A DNA stretch of 41,919 bases from a virus. Shown piece after piece: positions 33,429-41,801 of the stretch; the first letter of the stretch is position 1; each line of letters begins with the position of its first letter. The notes beneath the pieces were generated by a model. The model was not told the origin of the DNA and made no database searches. It saw nothing but the letters and a program-made list of their open reading frames with translations. The stretch lies in the IMG/VR virus record IMGVR_UViG_3300043039_000053; one strand, 5' to 3'. Position numbers and translations under genes: made by a program.

Positions 33429-33617
33429 TTAGCGTTTGGCATTATCCCACTCCCTGCAACCCTCTGACTCACTGGGTGATGGTTTGGTTTTGTAGCCGCA
33501 AGACTTGCAGTAAGCGCCGTAGTGCCGAATGAAGTACGTCGTTATCCCGAGTCGGAACTCAGGCCTACCGCATTTTGGGCATTGCCTTGACGGTGCCGCC
33601 GGGTTTCTGTCGATCAT
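33429..33617 (-). CDS. small zinc-ribbon protein
   Basis: 62 aa with CPKCG...CKSCG. ATGA overlap with the upstream gene. Confidence 0.5.
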   Translation of the reverse strand: MIDRNPAAPSRQCPKCGRPEFRLGITTYFIRHYGAYCKSCGYKTKPSPSESEGCREWDNAKR

Positions 33618-33808
33618 CTCCTAAACGCCTCCCGCTTCTGCGCATCTGTCGCACACTCAGCGCTGCAATAAGCGCCCTGCTCGATAGGTTCATCGCACCA
33701 CCGGCAGCGCCCGCAATACGCCAGGGATGGCCGCGTGGTAATCGCACGGATGGCCGCTACTCGCTCCAGTTCTGCCAGGTCATTTGCTTTGTCGATGTCA
33801 TCTGCCAT
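33614..33808 (-). CDS. TraR/DksA-like C4 zinc-finger protein
   Basis: ATG 33808. 64 aa with CGRCRWC...CSAEC. Confidence 0.45.
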   Translation of the reverse strand: MADDIDKANDLAELERVAAIRAITTRPSLAYCGRCRWCDEPIEQGAYCSAECATDAQKREAFRR

Positions 33809-34067
33809 TTTTGCGACCTTCAACGATTGCCGCCATGGCTCGACGGTAGGTTGACTCCGACTCGTTGGGCGAATATCCAGCTTGCCACTCGTCAATCACA
33901 AGCTCAAGACACTGCAAAAGCTCGAATGCGTGGGCGTCGTCAATCATGTGAGCGTCACTTGCGCCGCGTTGATATGCCGAAAAGAGACGATGCGACTGAC
34001 TCTTAATGTTGTCGCTTGGCATCCTTAGATCTTGCCATGCGCGCTCAAACGCCGATTTAATTTTCAT
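33798..34067 (-). CDS. hypothetical protein (89 aa)
   Basis: ATG 34067 overlaps the upstream stop by 11 nt. Confidence 0.5.
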   Translation of the reverse strand: MKIKSAFERAWQDLRMPSDNIKSQSHRLFSAYQRGASDAHMIDDAHAFELLQCLELVIDEWQAGYSPNESESTYRRAMAAIVEGRKNGR

Positions 34068-34254
34068 CGTTAACCATCCCCCTCTGTCTCTTATTAGGCT
34101 CCATGGCCCTATGAACGGCAATCGCCATGTCGGCCACGCCCTGCTGATAATCCTCAGAGCCGCCCGTGGGCAGCTCTATGGCTTTGATTCTGTCTAGCTT
34201 GGCCTGTAGTGCGCGGATCTCGCGTTTGGCGTGGGCTAGTTTGTCATCTGGCAT
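34057..34254 (-). CDS. hypothetical protein (65 aa)
   Basis: The ORF starts about 15 nt after the clamp-gene terminator hairpin. Confidence 0.45.
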   Translation of the reverse strand: MPDDKLAHAKREIRALQAKLDRIKAIELPTGGSEDYQQGVADMAIAVHRAMEPNKRQRGMVNDEN

Positions 34255-34267
34255 ATTCTCACCATAG

Positions 34268-34289
34268 AAAAGCCCCGGCGAACCGGGGC
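34268..34289 (-). terminator. terminator/attenuator hairpin after the clamp gene
   Basis: The minus strand reads GCCCCGG-uucg-CCGGGGC followed by UUUUC. Confidence 0.55.
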
Positions 34290-34296
34290 GATTAGT

Positions 34297-35277
34297 TTAG
34301 AGTCGAACGGGCATCACCACGTTATTGCCACCAACAATGCACGGCCTGTTAGGCTCAAAAAGCTGAATCTCTATTGTATCATCGCCGCACGCTTTGATTG
34401 CGTCGATCAGGTACTTGATCGAAAACCCAATCGTCATATCCCCTTCGGATTCGCACGAAAAGGCCGCCTCTGCGCCTGAGTTGCTCACCGCTACGGATTC
34501 CGGAGACACCTCAAACTTTGCCGTTTCACCGCCAATCTGAGCCGCTTGCAGCGCTTCCAGAATATCACCTGCACTGGCCTTGATGGTCATAGGCGTGCCA
34601 GTCGGAATCACTCGCTTCCAGTCCGGATAGTTGCCCTCGACCAGTTTTGTGCTGAATCGCTCGGAGTCGTTTTCGATGATCATCTGATTTTGAGACAGTG
34701 AGACCGTGCCAGTCATGCCGATGATCTGGTTAACGGCATCGTGCGGGATAATCACTTTTCCCTCAAAGCCCAGATCGGCCCAGGCCATCCGGTGCCCGTT
34801 AGTCGCCACTGCGTTGCCGTCTACAAGGCAAGCCCCGTTCAGGTAGTACCGAACGTCATCCGTTGCAACGGCATGGCTGACAGCAGCGAGGGACGCTCCT
34901 AGCGCCTCTGCCGAGAACTTCATCGGCTCAGCCGCGCCGTAATCCGGCTGCGGGAAGTCGGAATAGTTGCCGCAATCCAGCTTGATGCGGCTTTGGCCCT
35001 GCTTTACTTGCCCGTCTGTTAACTCAATCTCACCGGCACGCATGGCGCTAACAGAAGCCGCCAGCTTGGCGGCCTCCGCGGTGAACTGGCAGGGCTCTCC
35101 ATCCGCATCCATCCGGGCGCTGTAAGTGGCACTACCGTCGTTGGCGGTTAGCGTTAGCGTATCTCCGTCAAAATCGACGGCGACATGATTCATGATTGGC
35201 AGGCTAGCTTTCTTGCCGGCAATCTTCGCCAGCTTTTTCATGGCTGGTGCGAGGTTTTCTTTTGTGACTTTGATCAT
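34297..35277 (-). CDS. dnaN: DNA polymerase III beta sliding clamp homolog
   Basis: 326 aa. DVRYYLNG, ATNGHRMA, TKLVEGNYPDWKRVIP, IGFSIKYLIDAI and a terminal VVMPVRL parallel E. coli DnaN blocks (recalled). Confidence 0.88.
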   Translation of the reverse strand: MIKVTKENLAPAMKKLAKIAGKKASLPIMNHVAVDFDGDTLTLTANDGSATYSARMDADGEPCQFTAEAAKLAASVSAMRAGEIELTDGQVKQGQSRIKLDCGNYSDFPQPDYGAAEPMKFSAEALGASLAAVSHAVATDDVRYYLNGACLVDGNAVATNGHRMAWADLGFEGKVIIPHDAVNQIIGMTGTVSLSQNQMIIENDSERFSTKLVEGNYPDWKRVIPTGTPMTIKASAGDILEALQAAQIGGETAKFEVSPESVAVSNSGAEAAFSCESEGDMTIGFSIKYLIDAIKACGDDTIEIQLFEPNRPCIVGGNNVVMPVRL

Positions 35278-35288
35278 GGGTTGATTCC

Positions 35289-36248
35289 TTAGAAAAGATC
35301 GTATTGGGCTTCTTTCGCCAGTTCTAGGTTGCGGATGGCAAGATTGAAATAGGACTCTTTGAGTTCCGCACCGATAAACTTCCGGCCAGACTTCAGGCTC
35401 ATGTAGCCTTCAGATCCGATACCCATGAACGGGCTCCATACAATTTCGCCGGGGTTGCTCCAAAGTTGTAGGCACCGCTGAATCACGTCTAGTTGCAGTG
35501 GGCAGATATGGCGCTCGTCGTCCTCTTCTCGGCCTTCCCGAAAGTTCAGAGTGTCGGTCTGGTTAATGTCATCCCAGACCGGAGACGCGTACCGCTGCCA
35601 CACATCAACGCTGGTATTGTGACTTCCTTCCTCAACCGTCCATCCTTCGCGCCCATCATCCCATACATGGCGCTTAAATCCGGGGGCAGGGTTGGTGCCG
35701 ACGTAATAGGTGAACGCACCGCTCACGGGCTCCAGATTGTCGCCAGGCTTGCGCATCATGACCATCGTATCGGGGATTCCCATTCGACTCATGGCGCTGT
35801 CTTTTTTGATCGTCTTATGCAGCAGGCCCAGGGCTTTCGTGCGCTGCATAGCAACCACTGGATCTTTCCAGATGCAGACCTCAGAATGGAAAATGAACCC
35901 GGCATCTTGGTACGCCCGGATGATCTCGCCACGGAAGTCACGGATACCGATAAATCCATCATTCTGCTTGCTGGTCGGCAGATTCATGCAGTGAATGGCA
36001 ATAATCCGGCCCGGCTTCATCACGCGAAACTGCTCTTTGATCAGGTACAAGTACTGCTGCCAGAACTCGCCGGAGTCTTTGCTGTTGCCCATATCGCGGT
36101 CACTGTTGGAATACGTGTATAACGATTCAAAAGGAGGACTGAACAGACTAAAGTGAACTGATTCACTTGGCAGGCTCATTGCCAATTCTATGGTGTCTGC
36201 ATGATATGCAGCGAAGTCATTAGTTAGAACCTGATCAATAACATTCAT
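35289..36248 (-). CDS. DNA methyltransferase (N4/N6 type, beta-class motif order)
   Basis: SPPF catalytic motif near the N-terminus and the AdoMet motif FMGIGSEG near the C-terminus. Confidence 0.8.
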   Translation of the reverse strand: MNVIDQVLTNDFAAYHADTIELAMSLPSESVHFSLFSPPFESLYTYSNSDRDMGNSKDSGEFWQQYLYLIKEQFRVMKPGRIIAIHCMNLPTSKQNDGFIGIRDFRGEIIRAYQDAGFIFHSEVCIWKDPVVAMQRTKALGLLHKTIKKDSAMSRMGIPDTMVMMRKPGDNLEPVSGAFTYYVGTNPAPGFKRHVWDDGREGWTVEEGSHNTSVDVWQRYASPVWDDINQTDTLNFREGREEDDERHICPLQLDVIQRCLQLWSNPGEIVWSPFMGIGSEGYMSLKSGRKFIGAELKESYFNLAIRNLELAKEAQYDLF

Positions 36249-36250
36249 TT

Positions 36251-37000
36251 TTATAGCTCCTTAATAAACTCTTTCTTTGTGTTTTTCTTGCTGTGAACCC
36301 ATAAATGGCATGGCTTGCATAGCAATATAAGATTTGAAGGCTCAGCTCTTAGGCTCTCTACCTGAAAACTTACAATATGGTGAATATGGAAGTTACCTCT
36401 GGAATTCTCCGTATTGTGATTTTTCCCGCACCTCTGACATATTGCCTTATCCCTTGCCCATACGGCTTTTACCGCGTCAGCCCATTGCTGAGTTGAATAG
36501 AACGCTTGCCGCTCTGGAGTTGATCCTCCTTTCCAATTTGGGTGATCCTTATCAGAAAATTCAGGATGGTGCAGCCAGTGGACTCCGTCCTTTAAGAAAG
36601 GAACCCGTCCGTCATTTATTCGCGCCTGCCTCAATTTTTCTTTCGTTTCATCAGTGTGCGACATCCCAGCGAATGGTGATTCTTGACCATGCTTAAAACC
36701 CTGCCCATATTCATTACCTCTTGGCCTTGTTTGCATTCCATAGTCCCTAATCCATTCCCAAACCCTTTTTGGATCTCTTCCTATCTCTCTTGCAATCTGG
36801 TTTGCACTTTTACCATTTACGCAATACTCAGACTCAAGCCATTCCTTTGTGAAGCCAAGCGCCTCTCTCTGCGCCTTTTGCCATTCCCCCTTGCAAGCGT
36901 TATCGCAGAAAAATTGGTGGATTCTTCTGGATTTTTGGTAGTTCCAGGTCTGACGGATCAGGGCTTTCCCGCACTGAGAGCATTCGACTTCTTCTTTCAT
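36251..37000 (-). CDS. HNH endonuclease
   Basis: 249 aa. N-terminal CSQCG...CDNAC, and C-terminal FHIHHIVSF...NLILLCKPCHLWVH. It looks markedly AT-rich by eye. Confidence 0.8.
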   Translation of the reverse strand: MKEEVECSQCGKALIRQTWNYQKSRRIHQFFCDNACKGEWQKAQREALGFTKEWLESEYCVNGKSANQIAREIGRDPKRVWEWIRDYGMQTRPRGNEYGQGFKHGQESPFAGMSHTDETKEKLRQARINDGRVPFLKDGVHWLHHPEFSDKDHPNWKGGSTPERQAFYSTQQWADAVKAVWARDKAICQRCGKNHNTENSRGNFHIHHIVSFQVESLRAEPSNLILLCKPCHLWVHSKKNTKKEFIKEL

Positions 37001-37006
37001 TCGGCA

Positions 37007-37041
37007 CCATACGCTAGGTTTTTCAAAAGTCTAGCGTATGG
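37007..37041. repeat. perfect 11-bp inverted repeat (CCATACGCTAG / CTAGCGTATGG) with a 13-nt partly self-complementary spacer
   Basis: Read directly. It lies between the helicase stop (37054) and the HNH start (37000), ending 6 nt before the HNH ATG. Confidence 0.9.
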
Positions 37042-37053
37042 TTGTCTGTAAAT

Positions 37054-38454
37054 CTATAGCCAAGAAGGCATCTTGATAGATTTTTCCGGGTTGTACTCTG
37101 TTTTTGTAGTGGCGGCAGAGAATATCTCTTTGTCCATCATCGTTTTCATGTGCTCCACCATCTTCTGGCCAAGCACGGCGTTCTGCTGATCCTTGCGCCG
37201 GATATTCTCGACAACGGCACCTTCGGTATCGGCGGAAACAACATGCACGTGGACCTGCTCTTTTTGCCCAAACCGCCAGCATCGGCGGATTGCCTGGTAA
37301 TAGGATTCCCAGCTATCGGACAGCCCGACAAAAATCATTTGGTGGCAGTTTTGAAAATTTAACCCATACCCTGCGATCCTTGGCTTGCTCACCAAAACCC
37401 GAACGTCGCCATGGGTGAACCCTATAAGGCTCTCAGTTTTGTGCTCCGGCTTATCGCTGCCCTTGACCTCCACTGCGTCGCGAATCGCGGCGGTTAGCCG
37501 CTCGGACTCATCGTTCAGGTGGCACCAGATCAGAACCTGCCCGTCCATCCCGTTGGCAATCTCGGCAGCCTTAGCCACCCTGTCTGCCACACTGTCCTTT
37601 CTGGCCTTGTTCCGGTCTTGCAGCCCTTGCGCCGGCTCAACAAATAGCGAGTCTTCCGGTGTGGTTTCGACAACGTGAGAATGGTAGACAACCGGCGGCA
37701 ACTGGTGGGCAGACCCGTCAAAGCCAAGGTCATCAGGCTTGCGGATAACGACGGCCCATGTTGCCAGCCATTGGAAGAACTTGCTCTCGCCGTGGCCTTT
37801 TAGCCGCCACTTGCTAACGTCTCCGCCGTCGTGAATGAAGAACATTGCCAGCATTTCAACCTGACTCATGATGCCCAGGAACTCCGACTGCGTGCCAAGC
37901 TCCATAAAGTCGTTGGGGCTTGGCGTCGCTGTGCAGCTCAATCGGTATGGAATGTGCCGTCCAAACTCCGTGATCTCTTTGCGCCGGCGGCCATCCATGC
38001 CTTTCAAGATGCTGGATTCATCTAGCACCAAGCCCTGAAATTCATCTGGGTTGAATTTGTGCAGCTGTTCGTAGTTTGTAATCACGATGCCCGGGCCAAA
38101 GAAGGCCGCGCCGGGGTTGGCCTTTTCAACGTGAATGCCATACTTCTGACCTTCCTCGATGGTCTGGTTAGATACCGCGAGCGGGGCCAAAATCAAAACC
38201 GGCCCTTTGGTGCGCTTCGCCACTTGGTCAGCCCACGCCAACTGCATGATGGTTTTGCCAAGCCCGGTATCTGCAAAAATGGCCGCTTTGCCGCGCTTGA
38301 GCGCCCACCGAACAATCGGCTCTTGATAATCAAAAAGCGGATATGGCAACTCGTCTGCCGTGAATCCAGCCTCGACATGCCTGAAGGCTTTTTGTTTGAT
38401 GAATTGCTGGTAGTCGTCACCTGCTTTGATTTCTGTGCCGTTGGTGTCACGCAT
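37054..38454 (-). CDS. SNF2-family DEAD/DEAH helicase
   Basis: 466 aa. Motif I is ADTGLGKT and motif II is LDESS, followed by a C-terminal helicase domain. Confidence 0.85.
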   Translation of the reverse strand: MRDTNGTEIKAGDDYQQFIKQKAFRHVEAGFTADELPYPLFDYQEPIVRWALKRGKAAIFADTGLGKTIMQLAWADQVAKRTKGPVLILAPLAVSNQTIEEGQKYGIHVEKANPGAAFFGPGIVITNYEQLHKFNPDEFQGLVLDESSILKGMDGRRRKEITEFGRHIPYRLSCTATPSPNDFMELGTQSEFLGIMSQVEMLAMFFIHDGGDVSKWRLKGHGESKFFQWLATWAVVIRKPDDLGFDGSAHQLPPVVYHSHVVETTPEDSLFVEPAQGLQDRNKARKDSVADRVAKAAEIANGMDGQVLIWCHLNDESERLTAAIRDAVEVKGSDKPEHKTESLIGFTHGDVRVLVSKPRIAGYGLNFQNCHQMIFVGLSDSWESYYQAIRRCWRFGQKEQVHVHVVSADTEGAVVENIRRKDQQNAVLGQKMVEHMKTMMDKEIFSAATTKTEYNPEKSIKMPSWL

Positions 38455-38800
38455 TCAAGCGCCCTCCCTCTCGAAAATGTTTCCGCGCCAAGTCAGTCAT
38501 TCGCCACTTGCAATCGCTGCCGTCGATATCCTCAACCAAGCCAGCATCAACCAGCTGATCGACTGCGCGGGCCAGCCGCCGCTTGCTCCAAAAACGGCGC
38601 TCGTTTGGCCCGGTCTGAACAAACGGCAGCCAGTTAACGGACAGCTCCAGCCACTCCATGCCGCCATGGGCATAGACGAAAAACCGGTCAAGTACAATCT
38701 CAGCATCGGAGCGGGCATCGCCGCTTGTGCCCAGCTCTTGCCAGTCTACTTTAGGGCCGCTCTCGACGTATTGCGCGTTGATTTCCTGTAAGGTGGTCAC
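38447..38800 (-). CDS. hypothetical protein (117 aa)
   Basis: GTG 38800 lies 6 nt after GGAGG. The longer track ORF overlaps the upstream gene. Confidence 0.5.
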   Translation of the reverse strand: MTTLQEINAQYVESGPKVDWQELGTSGDARSDAEIVLDRFFVYAHGGMEWLELSVNWLPFVQTGPNERRFWSKRRLARAVDQLVDAGLVEDIDGSDCKWRMTDLARKHFREGGRLNA

Positions 38801-38801
38801 G

Positions 38802-39017
38802 TTATGCCTCCATAGCCTTGCGGCCTGCCTCAGTGATCTGAGCTCCCGCCAGACGTTTATAGGTAACCCAGCCTTTTGCTGCCATGCGCTTGAGCGCGTC
38901 ACAGGCGTATCCGCTGGCACAGTCGTAACGAGCGCCGCAGGACAGGCCGATCTCGGTAGGCGTGTGCAGCTGGCCGTCAGATAGAGCTGTCAGAATCTTG
39001 CGCTGCTTGGCGGTCAT
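38802..39017 (-). CDS. small winged-helix-like protein
   Basis: ATG 39017 in an ATGA overlap. 71 aa (MTAKQRKILTALSDGQLHTPTEI...). Confidence 0.5.
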   Translation of the reverse strand: MTAKQRKILTALSDGQLHTPTEIGLSCGARYDCASGYACDALKRMAAKGWVTYKRLAGAQITEAGRKAMEA

Positions 39018-39502
39018 GGTTCCAACTCCCCAGCCCGCAATGCGGACGCTTCCAGCTTGCCGATCAACTTGTTGACGTACCACGCGCCTTTCTTAGCGTC
39101 CTCTACGCCGTTCTTTTCCCACATGCGTATCAGGTACTCTAGCGCCCTGTCCCAGTCGCTAAACTGGTCGTGAGGTACGCCAGCGGCCTGAGCCTTGCGG
39201 GCCAGGTCTTGGCGCAGGTCGTAGACTTCATAGCCTTCGTGCAGCTGGTAGTGTGGCGGCTGGTTGACCATATCCGGCTCCGGCGCATAGTCCTGCTCTT
39301 CTTCCGGTGTCATCATGCTTTCCAGCCAGGCATCACGGGCCAGCTGCCAGTCGAAGAACGACCATTGCCCGCCCTCTTTGTACTCAACATGCCGGCCATG
39401 CGGCAGCACGGACTCGTTCGCCACCACATCGCATGACGCATATCCCTCGGGCCATTCTGAGACGTGCGAGGCCAGCCACTCTAAATCCGGGTGCATGCTC
39501 AT
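39014..39502 (-). CDS. DUF3310-like protein
   Basis: 162 aa. The C-terminal half (VNQPPHYQ...ALEYLIRMWEK...DAKKGAWYVNKL) resembles DUF3310 (recalled). Confidence 0.5.
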   Translation of the reverse strand: MSMHPDLEWLASHVSEWPEGYASCDVVANESVLPHGRHVEYKEGGQWSFFDWQLARDAWLESMMTPEEEQDYAPEPDMVNQPPHYQLHEGYEVYDLRQDLARKAQAAGVPHDQFSDWDRALEYLIRMWEKNGVEDAKKGAWYVNKLIGKLEASALRAGELEP

Positions 39503-39714
39503 TGCTTTCGCTCCATGCGGGTGTTGTATTTCTGAACCATGACTGCCGCAGTGCCGCTGTTAAATGGCTCGTCTGCCAGATATTTCAGAGTTAAAGCCAT
39601 CTCCGCCATCAGCTCGTCGGCTTCTTTCGCCAACTCTGCGGCATCCGCCCTGACGTCAGACCGCTTGCGGTCGCTTTTGATGTTGATTGCCATAATCCGA
39701 TCATGCAGTGTCAT
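39499..39714 (-). CDS. hypothetical protein (71 aa)
   Basis: ATG 39714 lies 7 nt after AAGGAG. Confidence 0.5.
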   Translation of the reverse strand: MTLHDRIMAINIKSDRKRSDVRADAAELAKEADELMAEMALTLKYLADEPFNSGTAAVMVQKYNTRMERKQ

Positions 39715-39883
39715 TGCGGTTCTCCTTTTCTTTAAGCTCATAGCCAGCATCGTCGAGCCAATCGCAAAACTGACCAAACCACTGGGGATAGCCTAGCTCC
39801 CATTGGCACACGGCGCGCATCTTTTCGGCAGGAGTAGCGCTTTCTGGAATGCTCAGCTCGTTCATTGCTTCTGAAAAGCTCAT
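39701..39883 (-). CDS. hypothetical protein (60 aa)
   Basis: ATG 39883 forms an ATGA overlap with the upstream stop. Confidence 0.5.
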   Translation of the reverse strand: MSFSEAMNELSIPESATPAEKMRAVCQWELGYPQWFGQFCDWLDDAGYELKEKENRNDTA

Positions 39884-40143
39884 ACCCGCCACCCTTTTGC
39901 CAATTCGATCAGCTCTGGTACGGTTTTGTGTTGGCAGCCTTCGGGTAGCTTGTCCCGATCAATGGCAATTTGAATAACAGCTGAACGCAGCTTGCCGAAA
40001 CGGCTCATGTTTGGACTGACGCCCTGGTTCCGCCAGCGGCGAAAGTTGGATTCTGCAATGCCTGCCCTTGCGCTGGCGTCCGTGACGCTAACGCCGCAAA
40101 TGCGCATCAGGTGATCAAGGTCGTGAACTTCTGGTTCTGCCAT
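39880..40143 (-). CDS. Cro-like HTH regulator, first gene of the leftward early operon
   Basis: ATG 40143 follows ACGGAGAG. ICGVSVTDASARAGIAESNFRRWRNQG reads as an HTH. Confidence 0.55.
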   Translation of the reverse strand: MAEPEVHDLDHLMRICGVSVTDASARAGIAESNFRRWRNQGVSPNMSRFGKLRSAVIQIAIDRDKLPEGCQHKTVPELIELAKGWRV

Positions 40144-40174
40144 TTCTGCTCTCCGTTTGTTTATTGACCCTCGT

Positions 40175-40203
40175 AGTGTATGCCAGTCGTTTCGGGCTTG
40201 CAA
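40175..40203 (-). promoter_or_regulatory. leftward early promoter TTGCAA-N17-TACACT
   Basis: -35 at 40203-40198 and -10 at 40180-40175, about 30 nt upstream of ATG 40143. Confidence 0.55.
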
Positions 40204-40227
40204 GTTTCACAAGCGGGCTTTTTATTG

Positions 40228-40256
40228 TTGACAGCGGTATTTTGTGCGCCTATATT
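40228..40256 (+). promoter_or_regulatory. rightward early promoter TTGACA-N17-TATATT
   Basis: Consensus -35, a 17-nt spacer and a near-consensus -10, about 35 nt upstream of ATG 40292. Confidence 0.65.
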
Positions 40257-40291
40257 GGGCAACACCAACAACGGAAACGGGAGAAAGAGAG

Positions 40292-40708
40292 ATGCAGGAT
40301 CAGGACGTGTCGGTCAGCTTTTGGGTAAGAAAGGGTGAGAAGTTCACCGTCGAAGTTAAGTGCTGGAAGTGGTCCGCCACCGAATGGGCATGGAACGTCT
40401 ACGCGCATGTTTTTGAGGGCCACCCACTATATGCCAATCCAAATGATCTGATGAGTGGCGCTCCATTAAGTGGCGGCTGCACATTTGACCAAGAAAAAAC
40501 CGCAATGCCAATCGGCGGCCCAAAGTACGACTTTCAGAAAATAAACCGCTCGCTTACGGTCGGCTGTGACTACAAGCATATTTGGGATGATGACTACTCG
40601 CAGTGCGGTCCAGAATCTGGAATTCCGAGAAAGATAGAATCGGACGCCCTGAAACTTGCCGAGTGGTTAGAAAATGGCCGGGACCATAACAACGGAGAAG
40701 ACCAATGA
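40292..40708 (+). CDS. hypothetical protein (138 aa), first gene of the rightward early operon
   Basis: ATG 40292 follows GGGAGAAAGAGAG. The track start at 40244 lies inside the promoter. Confidence 0.6.
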   Translation: MQDQDVSVSFWVRKGEKFTVEVKCWKWSATEWAWNVYAHVFEGHPLYANPNDLMSGAPLSGGCTFDQEKTAMPIGGPKYDFQKINRSLTVGCDYKHIWDDDYSQCGPESGIPRKIESDALKLAEWLENGRDHNNGEDQ

Positions 40709-40929
40709 CCAACCACCAACCCTACCACCTGGAACAAGCCCGGCAGCTACTGGAAACCGGCCAATGCCACTTCCCGCTAACGTGGGATGACATCGCTAAC
40801 CGCGTGGCCCGGCACGACACGTTTAGCTATGCGCTCAAGCAGGCGCACCAAGGCAACCACCGCGTGCTGGAGATGCTGACCATGACGGCGGCTAACCAAC
40901 TGTGCAAGGAGCAAGACAATGCAAGCTGA
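40705..40929 (+). CDS. hypothetical protein (74 aa)
   Basis: ATGA overlap with the upstream gene. Confidence 0.5.
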   Translation: MTNHQPYHLEQARQLLETGQCHFPLTWDDIANRVARHDTFSYALKQAHQGNHRVLEMLTMTAANQLCKEQDNAS

Positions 40930-41113
40930 TTACAACATCTGGGTAGACGCCCTGATCCTTGGCATTGCCGTTTTTGCCCTGACCCTCGCCACGTTTTGCT
41001 TGCCGCATGAGCGCAAGAAGCGTGGCGCAACACCGGAGCCGAGCCGGAAAAAGTTGGAAGAGCATCAGGCCATCCGGCGGTTGGTTGCGGAGGATGAACG
41101 TCATGGGAGGTAA
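40919..41113 (+). CDS. small membrane protein (one TM helix)
   Basis: 64 aa. WVDALILGIAVFALTLATFCL is followed by a basic tail. Confidence 0.5.
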   Translation: MQADYNIWVDALILGIAVFALTLATFCLPHERKKRGATPEPSRKKLEEHQAIRRLVAEDERHGR

Positions 41114-41300
41114 CACCGACGGACAACAGTGGATTTCGGTTGATGACCGATATCCGCATGAAGCCAACAGGGACTATCTTGTGTACGTTAACTCACAGAT
41201 ACACAGACGGCCACGCATGTTTGTTGCTGAGTATAGCGAATACGGATTTGATCGATCAAAAGTCACCCACTGGATGCCACTGCCGGAGCCACCAAAATGA
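41103..41300 (+). CDS. DUF551-like protein
   Basis: ATG 41103 lies 9 nt after GGAGG. WISVDDRYP...THWMPLPEPP matches the DUF551 signature (recalled). Confidence 0.6.
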   Translation: MGGNTDGQQWISVDDRYPHEANRDYLVYVNSQIHRRPRMFVAEYSEYGFDRSKVTHWMPLPEPPK

Positions 41301-41620
41301 CCGATACCGACGGAAACCTGGCAGCCCTGCGCGCCTACGAGCGCGAGCAGGACGCCCTGGCAGCTGCCGACCAGGCGCGCGAAGATGCCATCTCAGAGCT
41401 GGCGGATGACCTGTTCGACGCCTACATAATCGGAGACCAAGACGTGATCGACGAGGTAGATGACTGGCTGCGTGACTACCCTTGGACGGAGCGCGTCAGA
41501 GCGGCCATGGTCAAAGAGTGTGAGCTGCCCGTGATGGGCCGGGGCGGGTTTATGTACAAAGCAGGGCAGGCGGCGATTTCAGAGGCTTGTGAGTATGTGG
41601 CGAAGCAGCGGCTACAGTAG
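41297..41620 (+). CDS. hypothetical acidic protein (107 aa)
   Basis: ATGA overlap with the upstream gene. Confidence 0.55.
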   Translation: MTDTDGNLAALRAYEREQDALAAADQAREDAISELADDLFDAYIIGDQDVIDEVDDWLRDYPWTERVRAAMVKECELPVMGRGGFMYKAGQAAISEACEYVAKQRLQ

Positions 41621-41801
41621 CGAGGCGGGGTGCGGATGGTTAGTCCTGACCATCTGCGCCATGATCCTGGGCGCGCTGATTGATGTGCATGTGTACCAGC
41701 CCGTGAATTGCGTGACGGTGACTGGGATCAAGGCCGCTCCGATGCTGCCCAGTGGGCGGCAGAACTTTACCTACTATGAGAAAGAGGTTTGTGATGAGTG
41801 A
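41595..41801 (+). CDS. small membrane protein
   Basis: Hydrophobic helix GWLVLTICAMILGALI. The start is uncertain (GTG 41589 or ATG 41595). Confidence 0.4.
   Translation: MWRSSGYSSEAGCGWLVLTICAMILGALIDVHVYQPVNCVTVTGIKAAPMLPSGRQNFTYYEKEVCDE

Noticed and set aside
33281-33472. 63-aa minus-strand ORF at the tnpB 5' flank
   Set aside because: It overlaps the end of the zinc-ribbon gene and runs through a hairpin (33358-33384) and the element's subterminal motif. It has no SD or coupling.
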